Source: Mobula hypostoma
Lineage: Eukaryota
Direction of reading: 5' to 3'
Assembly (NCBI RefSeq): GCF_963921235.1
Contig: NC_086108.1
Span: 73,534,001 to 73,598,000 of the forward strand
Length of the DNA stretch: 64,000 bases
The notes beneath the pieces are model-generated. The model saw only the letters and a program-made list of their open reading frames with translations. It made no database searches and was not told the origin of the DNA. The translations under genes were made by a program, and so were the position numbers. Positions 11,932 to 25,800 of the stretch are shown piece by piece. The stretch's first letter is position 1, and every line of letters starts with the position of its first letter.

Positions 11932-14406
11932 GAAAACAGGGACCCTTTGACCTATCAGGTCTGCCCTGGCCATCAAATGCCCACTTACATGTATCGTAAC
12001 CCCACATTATCATCATCTCCCCTCACCATTCAACCACACACTTACCAAGGAACCATAGAAAAACTACAGCACAGAAACAGGCCTTTTGGCCCTTCTCGGC
12101 TGTGCCGAACCATTTTCTGCCTAGTCCCACTGACCTGCACACGGACCATATCCCTCCATACACCTCCCATCCATGTATCTGTCCAATCTATTCTTAAATG
12201 TTAAAAAAGAACCCGCATTTACCACCTCGTCTGGTAGCTCATTCCACACTCCCACCACTCTCTGCATGAAGAAGCCCCCCCCCTAATGTTCCCTTTAAAT
12301 TTCTCCCCCCTCACCCTTAACCCATGTCCTCTAGTTTTTTTCTCCACTTGCCTCAGTGGAAAAAGCCTGCTTGCATTCACTCTATCTATACCCACCATAA
12401 TTTCATATACCTCTATCAAATCTCCCCTCATTCTTCTACGCTCCAGGGAATAAAGTCCTAACCTATTCAACCTTTCTCTGTAACTGAGTTTCTCAAGTCC
12501 CGGCAACATCCTTGTAAACCTTCTCTGCACTCTTTCAACCTTATTTATATCCTTCCTGTTATTTGGTGACCAAAACTAAACACAATACTCCAGATTCGGC
12601 CTCACCAATGCCTTATACAACCTCATCATAACATTCCAGCTCTTATACTCAATACTTTGATTAATAAAGGCCAATGTACCAAAAGCTCTCTTTGTGACCC
12701 TATCTACCTGTGACGCTACCTTTAGGGAATTTTGTATCTGTATTCCCAGATCCCTCTGTTCCATTGCATTCCTCAGTGCCTTACCATTAACCCTATATGT
12801 TCTACCTTGGTTTGTCCTTCCAACGTGCAATACCTCACACTTGTCTGTATTAAACTCCATCTGCCATTTTTCACCCATTTTTCCAGCTGGTCCAAGTCCT
12901 TCTGCAGGCTCTGAAAACCTTCCTTGCTGTCTACTACACCTCCAATCTTTGTATCATCAGCAAACTTGCTGATCCAATTTACCACATTATCATCCAGATC
13001 ATTGATATAGATGACAAATAACAATGGACCCAGCACTGATCCCTGTGGCACACCGCTAGTCACAGGCCTCCACTCGGAGAAGCAATTCTCTACTACCACT
13101 CTTTGGCTTCTTCCATTGAGCCAATGTCTAATCCAATTTACCACCTCTCCATGTATACCTAGCGACTGAATTTTCCTAACTAACCTCCCATGCAGGACCT
13201 TGTCAAAGGCCTTACTGAAGTCCATGTAGACAATATCCACTACCTTCCCTTCATCCACTTTCCTGGTAACCTCCTCAAAAAACTCCAATAGATTGGTCAA
13301 ACATGACCTACCACGCACAAAGCCATGTTGACTCTCCCTAATAAGTCCCTGTCTATCCAAATGCTTGTAGATTCTGTCTCTTAGTACTCCCTCCAATAAC
13401 TTACCTACTACCGACGTTAAACTTACTGGCCTATAATTTCCTGGATTACTTTTCGATCCTTTTTTAAACAACGGAACAACATGAGCCACTCTCCAATCCT
13501 CCGACACCTCACCTGTAGACAGCAACATTTTAAATATTTCTGCCAGGGCCCCCGCAATTTCAACACCAGTCTCCTTCAAGGTCCGAGGGAACACTCTGTC
13601 AGGTCCCGGGGATTTATCCACTTTAATTTTCCTCAAGACAGCAAGGACCTCCTCTTTTTCAATCTGTACAGTTTCCATGATCTCACTACTTGTTTCCCTT
13701 AATTCCATAGACTTCATGCCAGTTTCCTTAGTAAATACAGACGCAAAAAACCTATTTAAGATCTCCCCCACTTCCTTTGGTTCCGCACATAGCCGACCAT
13801 TCTGATCTTCAAGAGGACTAATTTTATCCCTTACAATCCTTTTGCTCTTAATATACCTGTAAAAGCTCTTTGGGTTATCCTTCACTTTGACTGCCAAGGC
13901 AACCTCATGTCTTCTTTTAGCCCTCCTGATTACTTTCTTAAGTATTTTCTTGCACTTCTTATACTCCTCAAGCACCTTATTTACTCCCTGCTTCCTATAC
14001 ATGTCATACAATTCCCTCTTCTTCTTTATCAGAGCTGCAATATCCCTTGAGTACCAAGGTTCCTTATTCCTATTCACTTTGCCTTTAGTCCTGACAGGAA
14101 CATACAAATTCTGCACTCTCAAAATTTCTCCTTTGAAGCCATCCCACCTACCGATCACATCCTTGCCAGAGAACAACCTGTCCCAACCTGTCCCATGGCA
14201 ATTTACAGTAGATAAGCAACCACAGTTACCTGTACAGCTTTCAGATGTAGAAGGGAACCAGAGGAAACCCAGACAGTCACAGAGAGAATGTGCAGACTCC
14301 ACATCGACAATGCCCAGACTCCACATCGACAATGCCCGACAGCAGGACTGAACCAAGTCTCCCGCACTGCGAGGCAGCATATCTAATTACACCCACTGTG
14401 CCACCC
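11932..14406 (-). mobile_element. V-SINE (11932-12050 and 14196-14406) split by a young CR1
   Basis: Antisense V-domain GAACCAGAGGAAACCCA..CACAGAGAGAATGTGCAGACTCCAC and tRNA head ending near 14406; 22-bp tandem duplication at 14293-14336. Confidence 0.75.
12051..14186 (-). mobile_element. Young CR1 LINE, 5'-truncated; same family as 22851-25968
   Basis: ORF2 from WDRLFSGK through RT (KSPGPD, YRPVSLTS, GVPQGSVLGP, KFADDTK); frameshift near 12880 and a stop at 12576; (GGTTTCTAT)-type tail; nearly identical to 23820-25950. Confidence 0.96.
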
Positions 14407-14554
14407 TTATGTCAAGGGGGAAGTGACCATCAATTCCTTGTACCACATAAAGTCCATGATGCTAGATTCCCCAGCTCTCCTTCGTATTTCTTGAGTACTT
14501 TCTGACAGCTTTGTCAGTGCAGCAATCATTGCAAGGTCTTTGACCATAGTGTAT

Positions 14555-15413
14555 TGTTACATACCTCAAGGAGATCTTGTGACTTTCTTGTGAAAATAAT
14601 ATAATGGTCTTTTGGAGGTCACCTGATGTAATTTTCCCACCGATGTGAGGTCATGTGATGACTTGTTCACCACGGGTATAAAAGGGAAGACCTCTGGTGA
14701 CACAGTTAGTTTTCCAGCTAGAACATAAATCAGTGTCTCCGTTCCGTTGCGTATTTCTTTTATGATGTAGTTTCATTTTTAAAACGGAGTGTTACATTCT
14801 GTTGCAAGGTACAATAGTGCTGGACTGGCAATTTCTGCTAGATTTGTTGATGCACCTTTTCAGTAGTATTGGAGAGTGAAGACTTTACCGAAGTACAGGA
14901 TATGAAGGATTAAGAGAAGTTGGTATCGTTCAGCAGTTTAATAAAGGTTTGACCTTGAGTCTTTGTTGAAAAAGTAGCGATCTGCATTGAAGGTAACTCC
15001 TGCCAAAAGAGCAAGGAAATTCATGCAAGGTGCTCTCTAGAAATAAACGTCAGTTGTTTTAAGCCGTTTATTTCCTTCATTGTGAATCCTTTGGACAGAA
15101 CCAGCAGGAAAGTCGAGTCTATGAAGAAATTCTTCTCCAGAGAAATCTCTCCCAATTGAATGTATAAATCTGTTGGACTTTCGAATTTACCAATTTAAGA
15201 ACTGTGTTTGACTTTACCGCTTTAAGAACTGTTCTCACATTTATCGCTTTAAGAACCAGTACCGAGTGACGGTTTGTTGAATGGCCGCATAGCGGTTAAC
15301 TTCCGGTTAAGGTTTTTGTTTGTTTTTTTATTGTTTATCCGTGTTTAATAAATGTTTGGTTGTTTTTATATATCCTGACTCGATTGAAATTTATTGTTGC
15401 CGGTTACATAACA
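14555..15413 (+). mobile_element. Solo LTR of 859 bp
   Basis: TGTTA...TAACA termini; 4-bp TSD GTAT at 14551-54 and 15414-17; TATAAAA at 14677; AATAAA at 15347; three 27-bp internal repeats at about 15187-15260. Confidence 0.9.
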
Positions 15414-15679
15414 GTATGCCATCCATATCCTCATCTGTGTTCTTTGGGCCAGGATTCACCTGTAACCTCATTGGTAATACAAATGCAGCAGAGAAAGACA
15501 ATGGTTAGAAAATGAAAAGAAGAATTGCTACATTACCATTTCACTTCAGAATAAAAGGATGTCCCTTTAGAACAGAGATGAGGAGAAATTCCTTTAGCCT
15601 GAGGGTGAGGAATCAGTGAAATTCATTGCTATAGGCAGCAGTGGAGGTCAAGTCACTGGACATATTTAAAGCAGAGGTT

Positions 15680-16581
15680 CAAGCAACACACATCAAAGTT
15701 GCTGGTGAACGCAGCAAGCCAGGCAGCATCTCCAGGAAGAGGTACAGTCAACGTTTCGGGCCGAGACCCTTCGTCAGGACTAACTGAAAGAAGAGCTAGT
15801 AAGAGATTTGAAAGTGGGAGGGGGAGGGGGAGATCCAAAATGATAGGAGAAGACAGGAGGGGGAGGGATGGAGCCAAGAGCTGGACAGTTGATTGGCAAA
15901 AGGGATATGAGAGGATCATGGGACAGGAGGCCTAGGGAGAAAGAAAAGGGGGAAGGGGGAAAACCCATAGGATGGGCAAGGAGTATAGTGAGAGGGACAG
16001 AGGGAGAAAAAGGAGAGAGAGAGAGAAAGAATGTGTGTATATAAATAAATAATGGATGAGGTATGAGGGGGGAGGTGGGGCATTAGCGGAAGTTAGAGAA
16101 GTCAATGTTCATGCCATCAGGTTGGAGGCTACCCAGACGGAATATAAGGTGTTGTTCCTCCAACCTGAGTGTGGCTTCATCTTTACAGTAGAGGAGGCCG
16201 TGGATAGACATAGCAGAATGGGAATGGGATGTGGAATTAAAATGTGTGGCCTCTGGGAGATCCTGCTTTCTCTGGCGGACAGAGCATACCAGCCTCTGGA
16301 TCCAACGTATTATTCTCCGTAACTTCCGCCACCTCCAACGGGATCCCACCACTAAGCACACCTTTCCCTCCGCCGCCTCTCTGCTTCCCACAGGGATCGC
16401 TCCCTATGCAACTCCCTTGTCCATTCGTCCCCCCCACCCCATCCCTCTCCACTGATCTCCCTCTTGGCACTTATCCTCGTAAGCAGAACAAGTGCTACAC
16501 ATGCCCTTACACTTCCTCCCTTACCACCATTCAGGGCCCCAGACAGTCTAAACATTCACCAGCAACTTTGATGTTTGTTGC
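15680..16581 (-). mobile_element. Penelope-like element (subfamily A) with inversion
   Basis: GIY-YIG C-terminus (LRLEEQHLIFRLGSLQPDGMNIDF) and pseudo-LTR on minus at 15680-16288; inverted internal segment 16288-16548; inverted copy of the 3' terminus at about 16555-16581; 14-bp TSD TTAAAGCAGAGGTT at 15666-79 and 16582-95. Confidence 0.93.
15745..15782 (-). ncRNA. Minimal type I hammerhead ribozyme in Penelope pseudo-LTR
   Basis: TAGTC-CTGACGA-AGGGTCTCGGCCC-GAAAC-GTT-GACTG: intact CUGANGA and GAAA cores, stem I AGTC/GACT, stem II GGGTC/GGCCC, palindromic ACGT stem III. Confidence 0.88.
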
Positions 16582-17819
16582 TTAAAGCAGAGGTTGATAG
16601 GTTCTTAATTAGTAACAGTGTCAAAGCTTACAAGGAGAAGGCAGGATAGTGGGGTTGGGAAGGATAATAAATCAGGTGTGATGGAATGGCGGAGCAGACT
16701 CAATGGGCCAAATTCTGCTCCTATGTCTTGTGGTCTTGTGGTCTAAATCACTCCCAGAACCAGCAAAAATGTGCTTTCCTGGATGGTCTGACCAGGGAGC
16801 ATCTATTCTAATTTCAGTCTACTGAAGACCTATTACTTTCAGTAGTTCGAAGCAATGATAGCCAGTCAATTCTAATCTCTGAAAAACCTTGCAGAGAATC
16901 TTTGTCTCTGTTGCCATAACATGTGATACTATATTTCAGTCTAGAAAATTTGAACTACTGAATGAGACGTAAAACTACTCTGGTCATGTGACAGCCCTTG
17001 CCTTCAGAGATGAAAACAACTTTTAGGAATTCGACTACTTTTCTAACCCAAACCAGAGATAAGAAAGTTGCCTTATAAAACATACTGCTGAAAAAATTGG
17101 ATTTATATTACCAATGTACCTGTCATAAAACGCTGTAGTCCTTCAGGGCAAACCTCAAAATTGTCTGTAATTCTCTTTGTTCTACATCATTCAACATGAC
17201 TTTCAAGTTTTCCTGCAGGTCCTATGGCTGTCAAAAATTAGCATGTGAAAGGGGCTGATCGGTACAGATCAAAAGGGTCAGGTTAGAAGGTTGAATGTTT
17301 ACAGCTTCCACTCACTTTTTTTAAAATTCAGTACTGCTCTATATTTCACATTCCCCCAGTATAAAAATGAATAATTAAATGACTTTCATCTTCCTTCTCT
17401 CTGCAGAGCGCAACCACAGCCAGCAGCAACAGCTCCAATTCTGACAAGAAGAAAATAGGTCTCAATTTAATTAGTCGCTAAGTTATTCGGAAGAATTTTG
17501 TGCTCATCGGGTTGATTCAAACCAGTGAACATGGACTGGAACATTTTCAATATTAACAACTCAGCAACCCCCATCAGGCACACCCAAGCCTGCTGTAATG
17601 CTGGAGCAAGGTAAATTAAGCTGGGGAACTTATAATAATTGGTAGCATAACTGAGTGGTATAGGGGAATAGGGGAACTTAAGAGCATATATATGTTCTCA
17701 CATCTCCGAAGATAACAAGACAGGTAGTTAAGATATTGAGAAGGTATATTGTATATTTCATTGCCTGAAGCAAAGAATGTAAAAGGAGAAAGGTTATCCT
17801 GGGACGGTATAAAATGTAG

Positions 17820-18110
17820 AATCATAGATAGCTAGAGAACGGAAACAGCCATTTAGACCACTGAGTCTGTACTAAACATCAACAATACATATACATTAAA
17901 CTACATTAATTCCTCCACTCCCACTACATCATGATTTCTTTTTTTTTTCCTCCCCACATTCCCAACAATTCCCCTCTGGATTCCATCACACTTACTCAGT
18001 AGGAGCGATTTATAGTGGCCGATTAACCAAAGAACCTGCACGCATTTGGGAGCAAAATAGAACTCCAGAGAAAACCCACAGTACACATATGTCCCTGGAG
18101 AAGGAACACA
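17820..18110 (-). mobile_element. V-SINE 3' portion (old)
   Basis: CR1-like tail at left; GCGATTTATAGTGGCCGATTAACC and antisense V-domain remnant. Confidence 0.7.
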
Positions 18111-18547
18111 TGTCGGGGGTTTTCTGGGGTCAGTGGGCATTGCAGGGACGAGTGTATTCTGAATAGAGATGACTGTAGTAATTTGAAGATATTGATGGAA
18201 AATATCGTGATTCATGAAATATTGCCCTATCTAGTAATATGATAATGTCATTACTGAATAAACCACCTTTGGAAAAGGTAAAAAAAGGAAATCCACTTCA
18301 TCGTTGTGTTTCAGGATCCTTGTAAAAATGAAGGGCACAAAGATATCTGGTCCAAAGGAAAAAAAAACATGCAACAGACTTCCAAAACTTCTAACTACTG
18401 GCCCTCAAAAGTCTGATAAGAGTGGATCCACAGCCTGGGATTGTTCAAACATAACTCTGGTCTCTCCTGCTTCTGTATGAAGAGTCAAAATTTATTGTCA
18501 TCTGCACATGTTCTTGTATGCACAAGTGCAATTAAAAACAAACTTGC

Positions 18548-18845
18548 TTGAGACCACTCCTTTTCACATTATATGTCAATGATTTGGATGATGGAAGTGA
18601 CAGCTTTGTGTCCACGTTTGTGGACAGTGGTGAATCTGTGGAATTTTTTGCCACAGACAGCTGGGCGGGGGGGTGCGAATCATTTGGTCTATTTAAAGTG
18701 GAAATTGATAGTTTTTTTTATGGGGAGAAGGCAGGAGAATAGGGTTAAGAGGGGAAATAAAGCACACATGATGGAATTTTTGGAGCAGACCTGACCTGAT
18801 GGGGTGAGTGGTCTAATTCTGCTCCTATGTCTTAAGGTCTTATCA
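18548..18845 (+). mobile_element. CR1 fragment, internally deleted
   Basis: PLLFTLYVNDLDDG joined to VVNLWNFLP and a CR1 3' UTR. Confidence 0.8.
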
Positions 18846-19016
18846 CAAGCACAGCTCCACAGAGACAGTAACCAAAGTCACGGTAGAGCTACCCTGGGAG
18901 GCAGCTGGTCTACTAGCTGCATCACTGGATAGGGTTCATGGACATTGCCAAGGCTGGGGAAGTTTAGCTAAGAGGAATGACTGGATATGTTAGAGTTGTT
19001 TTCACTAGAATAGAGG

Positions 19017-19723
19017 AACACTTCACCAGTGAGTCGGCTGGGGTGATATACTGCGTCCGGTGCTCCCGATGTGGCCTTTTATATATTGGCGAGACCCAAC
19101 GCAGACTGGGAGACTGCTTTGCTGAACACCTACGCTCTGTCCGCCAGAGAAAGCAGGATCTCCCAGTGGCCACACATTTTAATTCCACATCCCATTCCCA
19201 TTCTGACATGTCTATCCACGGCCTCCTCTACTGTAAAGATGAAGCTACACTCAGGTTGGAGGAACAGCACCTTATATTCCGTCTGGGTAGCCTCCAACCT
19301 GATGGCATGAACATCGACTTCTCTAACTTCCGCTAATGCCCCACCTCCCCCTCGTACCCCATCTGTTATTTATTTTTATACACACATTCTTTCTTTCACT
19401 CTCCTTTTTGTCCCTCTGAATATACCCCTTGCCCATCCTCTGGGTTTCCCCCCACCCCCGTCTTTCTTCCCGGACCTCCTGTCCCATGATCCTCTCATAT
19501 CCCTTTTGCCAATCACCTGTCCAGCTCTTGGCTCCATCCCTCCCCCTCCTGTCTTCTCCTATTATTTTGGATCTCCCCTTCCCCCTCCAACTTTCAAATC
19601 TCTCACTCACTCTTCCTTCAGTTAGTCCTGACGAAGGGTCTCAGCCTGAAACGTCGACTGTACCTCTTCCTAGAGATGCTGCCTGGCCTGCTGCGTTCAC
19701 CAGCAACTTTGATGTGTGTTGCT
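19017..19723 (+). mobile_element. Penelope-like element 3' fragment (subfamily A)
   Basis: GIY-YIG domain GVIYCVRCSRCGLLYIGETQRRLGDCFAEH..EQHLIFRLG..GMN, then pseudo-LTR; inserted in an old CR1 remnant. Confidence 0.93.
19623..19660 (+). ncRNA. Minimal hammerhead ribozyme in Penelope pseudo-LTR
   Basis: TAGTC-CTGACGA-AGGGTCTCAGCCT-GAAAC-GTC-GACTG; GUC cleavage triplet; stem II weakened. Confidence 0.82.
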
Positions 19724-22700
19724 GGAAGGTGAGGAATAATATAGCTGATGTGTATAAAATTATACAGGGCCCAGATACAGACAGTAACAAGCTACTTTCT
19801 CTGACAGAGACATCAATTCTACAACCCATTATACTCCTGATTTATTACTAATGCATTGAAGACCCAGGACATGATTGAGTTGAGTTCAACCAATTGCAGA
19901 GAGGAGAGTACGAGACAGGCAGTTGAAGGAAATTGAAATTACTCAAACCACAGCAAAGAACTATTCAATCATTGAGAAAGTTTGCACATTAAAACCACCC
20001 AGTAGATCTAATGGTTAGAAATGAGATATGATACAAAGAAAGATCTGTGCAAGTAGGTGATAACATTAGAAGTGTGCATATTAATTTCTTCATTCCTACA
20101 GAAGGTTGAAGGAGAATAATAACATGTTATGTGCTCAAGACTAATTCCCAGTTGATCCACTGGAGATTATGAAAATGACACAAGACTTCACTGAACATCT
20201 TCCTCTAGGAGACAAGGCAATACCAAAGATTCATTCCACTGAGGAAATTAAACTGACTCAAGAACTTGTGAATAAACTAAATCTGTAAATATGTATAGAT
20301 GTGAATCATTCCTTTGTTTTCAAAAAAAGGAAAGCATTACAACTCTACATAAATGTACGATGCACATTCACACATGCACATTGTAGTTAGAGAGCTGAAT
20401 AACTTGAATGAACCAGAAATAAATGTTATAGCAGTTCACTACTTCTGTATAAGTTTTACATTGCCTGAGTTCTAATTAAGGAATGTATACAAATACATAT
20501 TCGCAACAAGCCTTATTCCAGATCTGTCAGGAACCTAGGCACAAGTGTAAATTACTCAGCTCCTTGAGTCGGTGTCACTATTGACAACACTGCAGTCTAT
20601 GAAGCAGTCCACAAATGCATGCAGGGAGCCCTTGGCAACAGTCTGGCGTGGCCTAATAAAAGCAAGTAACATTAACTGCATATCAGGTGTGCAGGGAAGT
20701 AGATGATCCGCCCATCCAGAGAAGGTAAAGTAACCTAAGCTAACCTTCACATTCAAATCACCATACTCTGGGTGCCACCAATGACCATAAATTTAACTGG
20801 ACTAATCATATATATACTGCCACTGTAAGAACAGGCCAGAAGTTGCTTATTCTATGGTGAGCAACTCATCTTCTGATACCCTAAAGTAGTAGTACCATTG
20901 CTCAAGTTGAGTATGATGTTCTTCAAAGAAGTTGTCTATTGGTGGGTCTTCAGGTGGCTGTAGAGGCAGATAACTGGGATGTTAGGGTGGATTCCCATCA
21001 TGGAGGACGCTTGTGCCACAAGACGGTGGACAAGGTTTTGCATTGCGTCTACGTTAATGACTGCCTTGTGTCAGTGTCTTCTGAGGAAGAAGTGGCATCT
21101 GTCTATCATGATCTTGCATACATCTGTGCTAAAGGTGGTTTTTGGTTCACAGTGTGGATAAGCAGTAGACATGGTGCACTACCTGTGACACTGGAAGAGC
21201 AAAGAGCGAAAGATATAACAGATTTGGATTTGGACCTAGATATTCGTTTAGTGAAGAGAGTACTAGGTGTGCAAAGTGCACTCAGTCTGAGACTTTCAAG
21301 CTTAAGATCATGATCCAAGATGGACTACTTATGAGAATGGGATTCTCTCCACAGTTAGCTTTAGGAATTTTGATCCCAGTGGCGCTATCTGCTAAGATGA
21401 TCCTACAAGATCTATGTAAGAAAGGGCTTATCTCAGTTGATACTATACCAACATTAGCTGTTCATGAGTGGATAAGATGGCTGGAAGAACTCTGCCAGTT
21501 GGAATACTTCAAGGATGTTAGATGTTTGAAACCCCTGGATCTTGGAGAATTTACTGCTGCACAGTTACACCACTTTACAGATGCAAGCGAAGACGGCTAT
21601 GGAGCAGTGACCTACCTATTGTTACACAACACACATTTTCAGGTATACAGTGCTTTCATCTTGGGAAAATCTACAGAAACTCTATTGAAGTCAGTTTCTA
21701 TCCCTCATATAGAGCTGACCACTGCTACAATGGCAAGTCATATGGACGCATCATGGAGAAAGGAAATGCACATGCGGCTTCAGGACTCCGTGTTTTGGAC
21801 TGATGGTGCTTGTGTGCTGAGGTATATCGAGAATGAAACTTCCTGGTTCCAAACCTTTGTTGCTAACAGAGTTTCAGAATGTCTTAAGGTCTCACAAGCA
21901 TCTCAGTGAAGGTAAGTAAACACTTAAGCAACCTGGCAGACATGATCTCTAGAGGGTTGAAGGTGAAGGGCCACAGTATCTTCTTCAGCTTGAAAGGGAA
22001 TGGTCTAGGAATCCTTGCTGTTCAGGAGAACTTCTGCTAGATGATCTGGAAGTCAACAGAAGTGTTACAATGATGTCATGCAGATTGAAAAAGAGTTGGA
22101 TGTGGAAACATGTATAATCCATCACTTCTTGTCTTTGACCCATTTGAGGAAGACATTGGCCTGGATTCTGAGATTTAAGAACCTGCTCTTATTCCTTAGT
22201 TAGAAGAGGAAGCAATAGAACATCATTCTTACTCAGTTTAACTTAGATGAAAAACAACAAGGGTATTCTTTGGGAGAGAGATTGAGAAAGCCAAATGTCA
22301 GAATGAACGAGATTGTCTCTCACTGGAAGAGCTCAGAAAAGCTAAGATGGAGATCATTGTGATTTGCCAATGGAAGAGATTTCCAGATCAATTTTCAAGT
22401 TTGCAAAGGGGAGAAACTGGGAAAAGAAATAGCATATTTTCAAGCTCAATCCAATATTTGAAGATGGTGCCTTGAGAATTGGCGAACGGCTTAGTCAGGC
22501 AGCCATGCTTGAAGAGTCAAAACATCCTGTTATACTGGCAAAGGGTCTTCACATCTCAGACCCCATTCTGATGTACATCAAGAGGTGTGTCATGGTGCCT
22601 GTAACCATATTTTATCCAGGTTGCACCAAAAATTGTGCAGCTATAAGAAGAATCCCATTGGAATGTGTTGTTTGTCGACAGTTGCACACAACTCCAGGAT

Positions 22701-22850
22701 GCCAGCAGATGTCAGATCTACCCCTAGACAGGGTCTCTCCAAATGAACTTCCATTTATACGAGCAAGAGTGGACTACTTTGGACCTTTAGGGTGAATATC
22801 AGAAGGAGTACAGTGAAGAGCTTTGGCACCATATTTAACTGTTGAACTAT

Positions 22851-25800
22851 GGGGCAGGTGGGACCTGTACAAGAGAGACGGGTTACACTTGAACTACAGG
22901 GGGACCAATATCCTTTCAGGGAGGTTTGTTAGTGCTAATGGGGAGGCTTTAAACTAGATTTGCAGGGGGATGGGAACTAGAGTGCCAGAGCTGACAGTGT
23001 GGCTGGGGTGAAAATAAATGTTGAAAGTTCAAGCAAATCCGCTGATAGAAAGGTTGTGAGTGGTGGTAAAAATCTTCTGAGGTGTATATATTTCAATGCT
23101 AGGAGTATTGCGGCGAAGGCGGATGATTTGATGGCGTGGATTGACACGTGGAATTATGACGTTATAGCAATTATTGAAACTTGGCTACGGGAGGGGCAGG
23201 ACTGGCAGCTTAATATTCCAGGGTTCCGATGTTTCAGATGTGATCGAGGCAGAGGAATGAAAGGTGGGGGAGAAGCATTGCTTGTTAGGGAAAATATTAC
23301 AGCAGTGCTCAGGCAGGACAGATTAGAGGGCTTGTCTACTGAGTCCTTATGGGTGGAGCTGAGAAACAGGAAAGGTTTGGTCACATTAGTGGGATTGTAT
23401 TACAGACCACCCAATAGTCAACGAGACTTGGAAGAGCAAATCTGCAGAGAGATAGCAGGCAACTGCAGGAAACATAAAGTTGTGGTGATAGGGGATTTTA
23501 ATTTTCCATACATTAATTGGGACTCCCAAACTGTTAGGGGTCTAGATGGTTTACAGTTTGTAAAATGTGTTCAGGAAAGTTTTCTAAATCAATATATAGA
23601 AGGACCAACTAGAGGGGATGCAATATTGGATCTCCTGTTAGGAAACGAGTTAGGACAAGTGACGGAAGTCTGTGTAGGGGAGCACTTTGGCTCCAGTGAT
23701 CATAACACCATTAATTTCAATTTGATCATGGACGAGGATAGATCTGGTCCCAGGGTTGAGGCTCTGAACTGGAAGAAGGCCAAATTTGAAGAAATGAGAA
23801 AGGATCTAAAATGCATGGATTGGGACAGGTTGTTCTCTGGCAAAGATGTGATTGGTAGGTGGGAAGCCTTCAAAGGGGAGATTTTGAGAGTGCAGAGTTT
23901 GTATGTTCCTATCAGGATTAAAGGCAAATTGAATAGGAATAAGGAACCTTGGTTCTCAAGAGATATTGCAACTCTGATAAAGAAGAAGAGGGAGTTGAAT
24001 AAAATGTATAGGAAACAGGGAGTAAATCAGGTGCTTGAGGAGTATAAGAAGTGCAAGAAAATACTTAAGAAAGTAATCAGGAGGGCTAAAAGAAGACATG
24101 AGGTTGCCTTCGCAGTCAAAGTGAAGGATAATCCAAAGGGCTTTTACAGGTATATTAAGAGCAAAAGGATTGTAAGAGATAAAATTGGCCCTCTTGAAGA
24201 TCAGAGTGGTCAGCTATGTGCGGAACCAAAGGAAATGGGGGAGATCTTAAATAGGTTTTTTGCGTCTGTATTTACTAAGGAAACTGGCATGAAGTCTATG
24301 GAATTGAGGGAATCAAGTAGTGAGATCATGGAAACTGTACAGATTGAAAAGGAGGAGGTGCTTGCTGTCTTGAGGAAAATTAAAGTGGATAAATCCCCGG
24401 GACCTGACAAAGTGTTCCCTCAGACCTTGAAGGAGACTAGTGTTGAAATTGCGGGGGCCCTGGCAGAAATATTTAAAATGTCGCTGTCTACGGGTGAGGT
24501 GCCGGAGGATTGGAGAGTGGCTCATGTTGTTCCGTTGTTTAAAAAAGGATCGAAAAGTAATCCGGGAAATTATAGGCCAGTGAGTTTAATGTCGGTAGTA
24601 GGTAAGTTATTGGAGGGAGTACTAAGAGACAGAATCTACAAGCATTTGGATAGACAGGGACTTATTAGGGAGAGTCAACATGGCTTTGTGCGTGGTAGGT
24701 CATGTTTGACCAATCTATTGGAGTTTTTCGAGGAGGTTACCAGGAAAGTGGATGAAGGGAAGGCAATGGATATTGTCTACATGGATTTCAGTAAGACCTT
24801 TAACAAGGTCCCGCATGGGAGGTTAGTTAGGAAAATTCAGCCGCTAGGTATACATGGAGAGGTGGTAAATTGGATTAGACATTGGCTCAATGGAAGAAGC
24901 CAAAGAGTGGTAGTAGAGAATTGCTTCTCTGAGTGGAGGCCTGTGACTAGTGGTGTGCCACAGGGATCAGTGCTGGGTCCATTGTTATTTGTCATCTATA
25001 TCAATGATCTGGATGATAATGTGGTAAATTGGATCAGCAAATTTGCTGATGATACAAAGATTGGAGGTGTAGTAGACAGTGAGGAAGGTTTTCAGAGCCT
25101 GCAGAGGGACTTGGACCAGCTGGAAAAATGGGCTGAGAAATGGCAGATGGAGTTTAATACAGACAAGTGTGCGGTATTGCATGTTGGAAGGACAAACCAA
25201 GGTAGAACATACAGGGTTAATGGTAAGGCACTGAGGAGTGCAGTAGGACAGAGGGATCTGGGAATACAGATACAAAATTCCCTAAAAGTGGTGTCACAGG
25301 TAGATAGGGTCATAAAGAGAGCTTTTGGTACATTGGCCTTTATTAATCAAAGTATTGAGTATAAGAGCTGGAATGTTATGATGAGATTGTATAAGGCATT
25401 GGTGAGGCCGAATCTGGAGTATTGTGTTCAGTTTTGGTCACCAAATTACAGGAAGGATATAAATAAGGTTGAAAGAGTGCAGAGATAGTTTACAAGGATG
25501 TTGCCAGGACTTGAGAAACTCAGTTACAGAGAAAGGTTGAATAGGTTAGGACTTTATTCCCTGGAGCGTAGAAGAATGAGGGGAGATTTGATAGAGGTAT
25601 ATAGAATTATGATGGGTATAGATAGAGTGAATGCAAGCAGGCTTTTTCCACTGAGGCAAGGGGAGAAAAAAAACCAGAGGACATGGGTTAAGGGTGAGGG
25701 GGGAAAAGTTTAAAGGGAACATTAGCGGGGGGCTTCTTCACACAGAGAGTGGTGGGAGTATGGAATGAGCTGCCAGATGAGGTGATAAATGCGGGTTCTT

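Larger units (their letters stand above)
15540..16745 (+). mobile_element. CR1 3' fragment hosting a Penelope insertion
   Basis: CR1 C-terminus (FRTEMRRNSFS..) at 15540-15679, continuing at 16582-16745 to a GGTCTTGT tail. Confidence 0.85.

Noticed and set aside
12773..14380. 535-aa ORF with an apparently novel N-terminus
   Set aside because: The first 65 or so residues are chance read-through from V-SINE sequence into a truncated CR1 ORF2; not a gene.
14293..15260. Short direct repeats (22 bp x2 and 27 bp x3) as a CRISPR-like array
   Set aside because: No unique spacers, no cas genes, eukaryotic context; these are tandem duplications inside a SINE and an LTR.
17380..17480. Acceptor-like sites on both strands around a CAG-rich stretch
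   Set aside because: Frames stop quickly, no convincing donor, and no recognisable protein.
20556..20735. Possible exon ending at AG/GTAAAG
   Set aside because: Weak acceptor and no recognisable translation.
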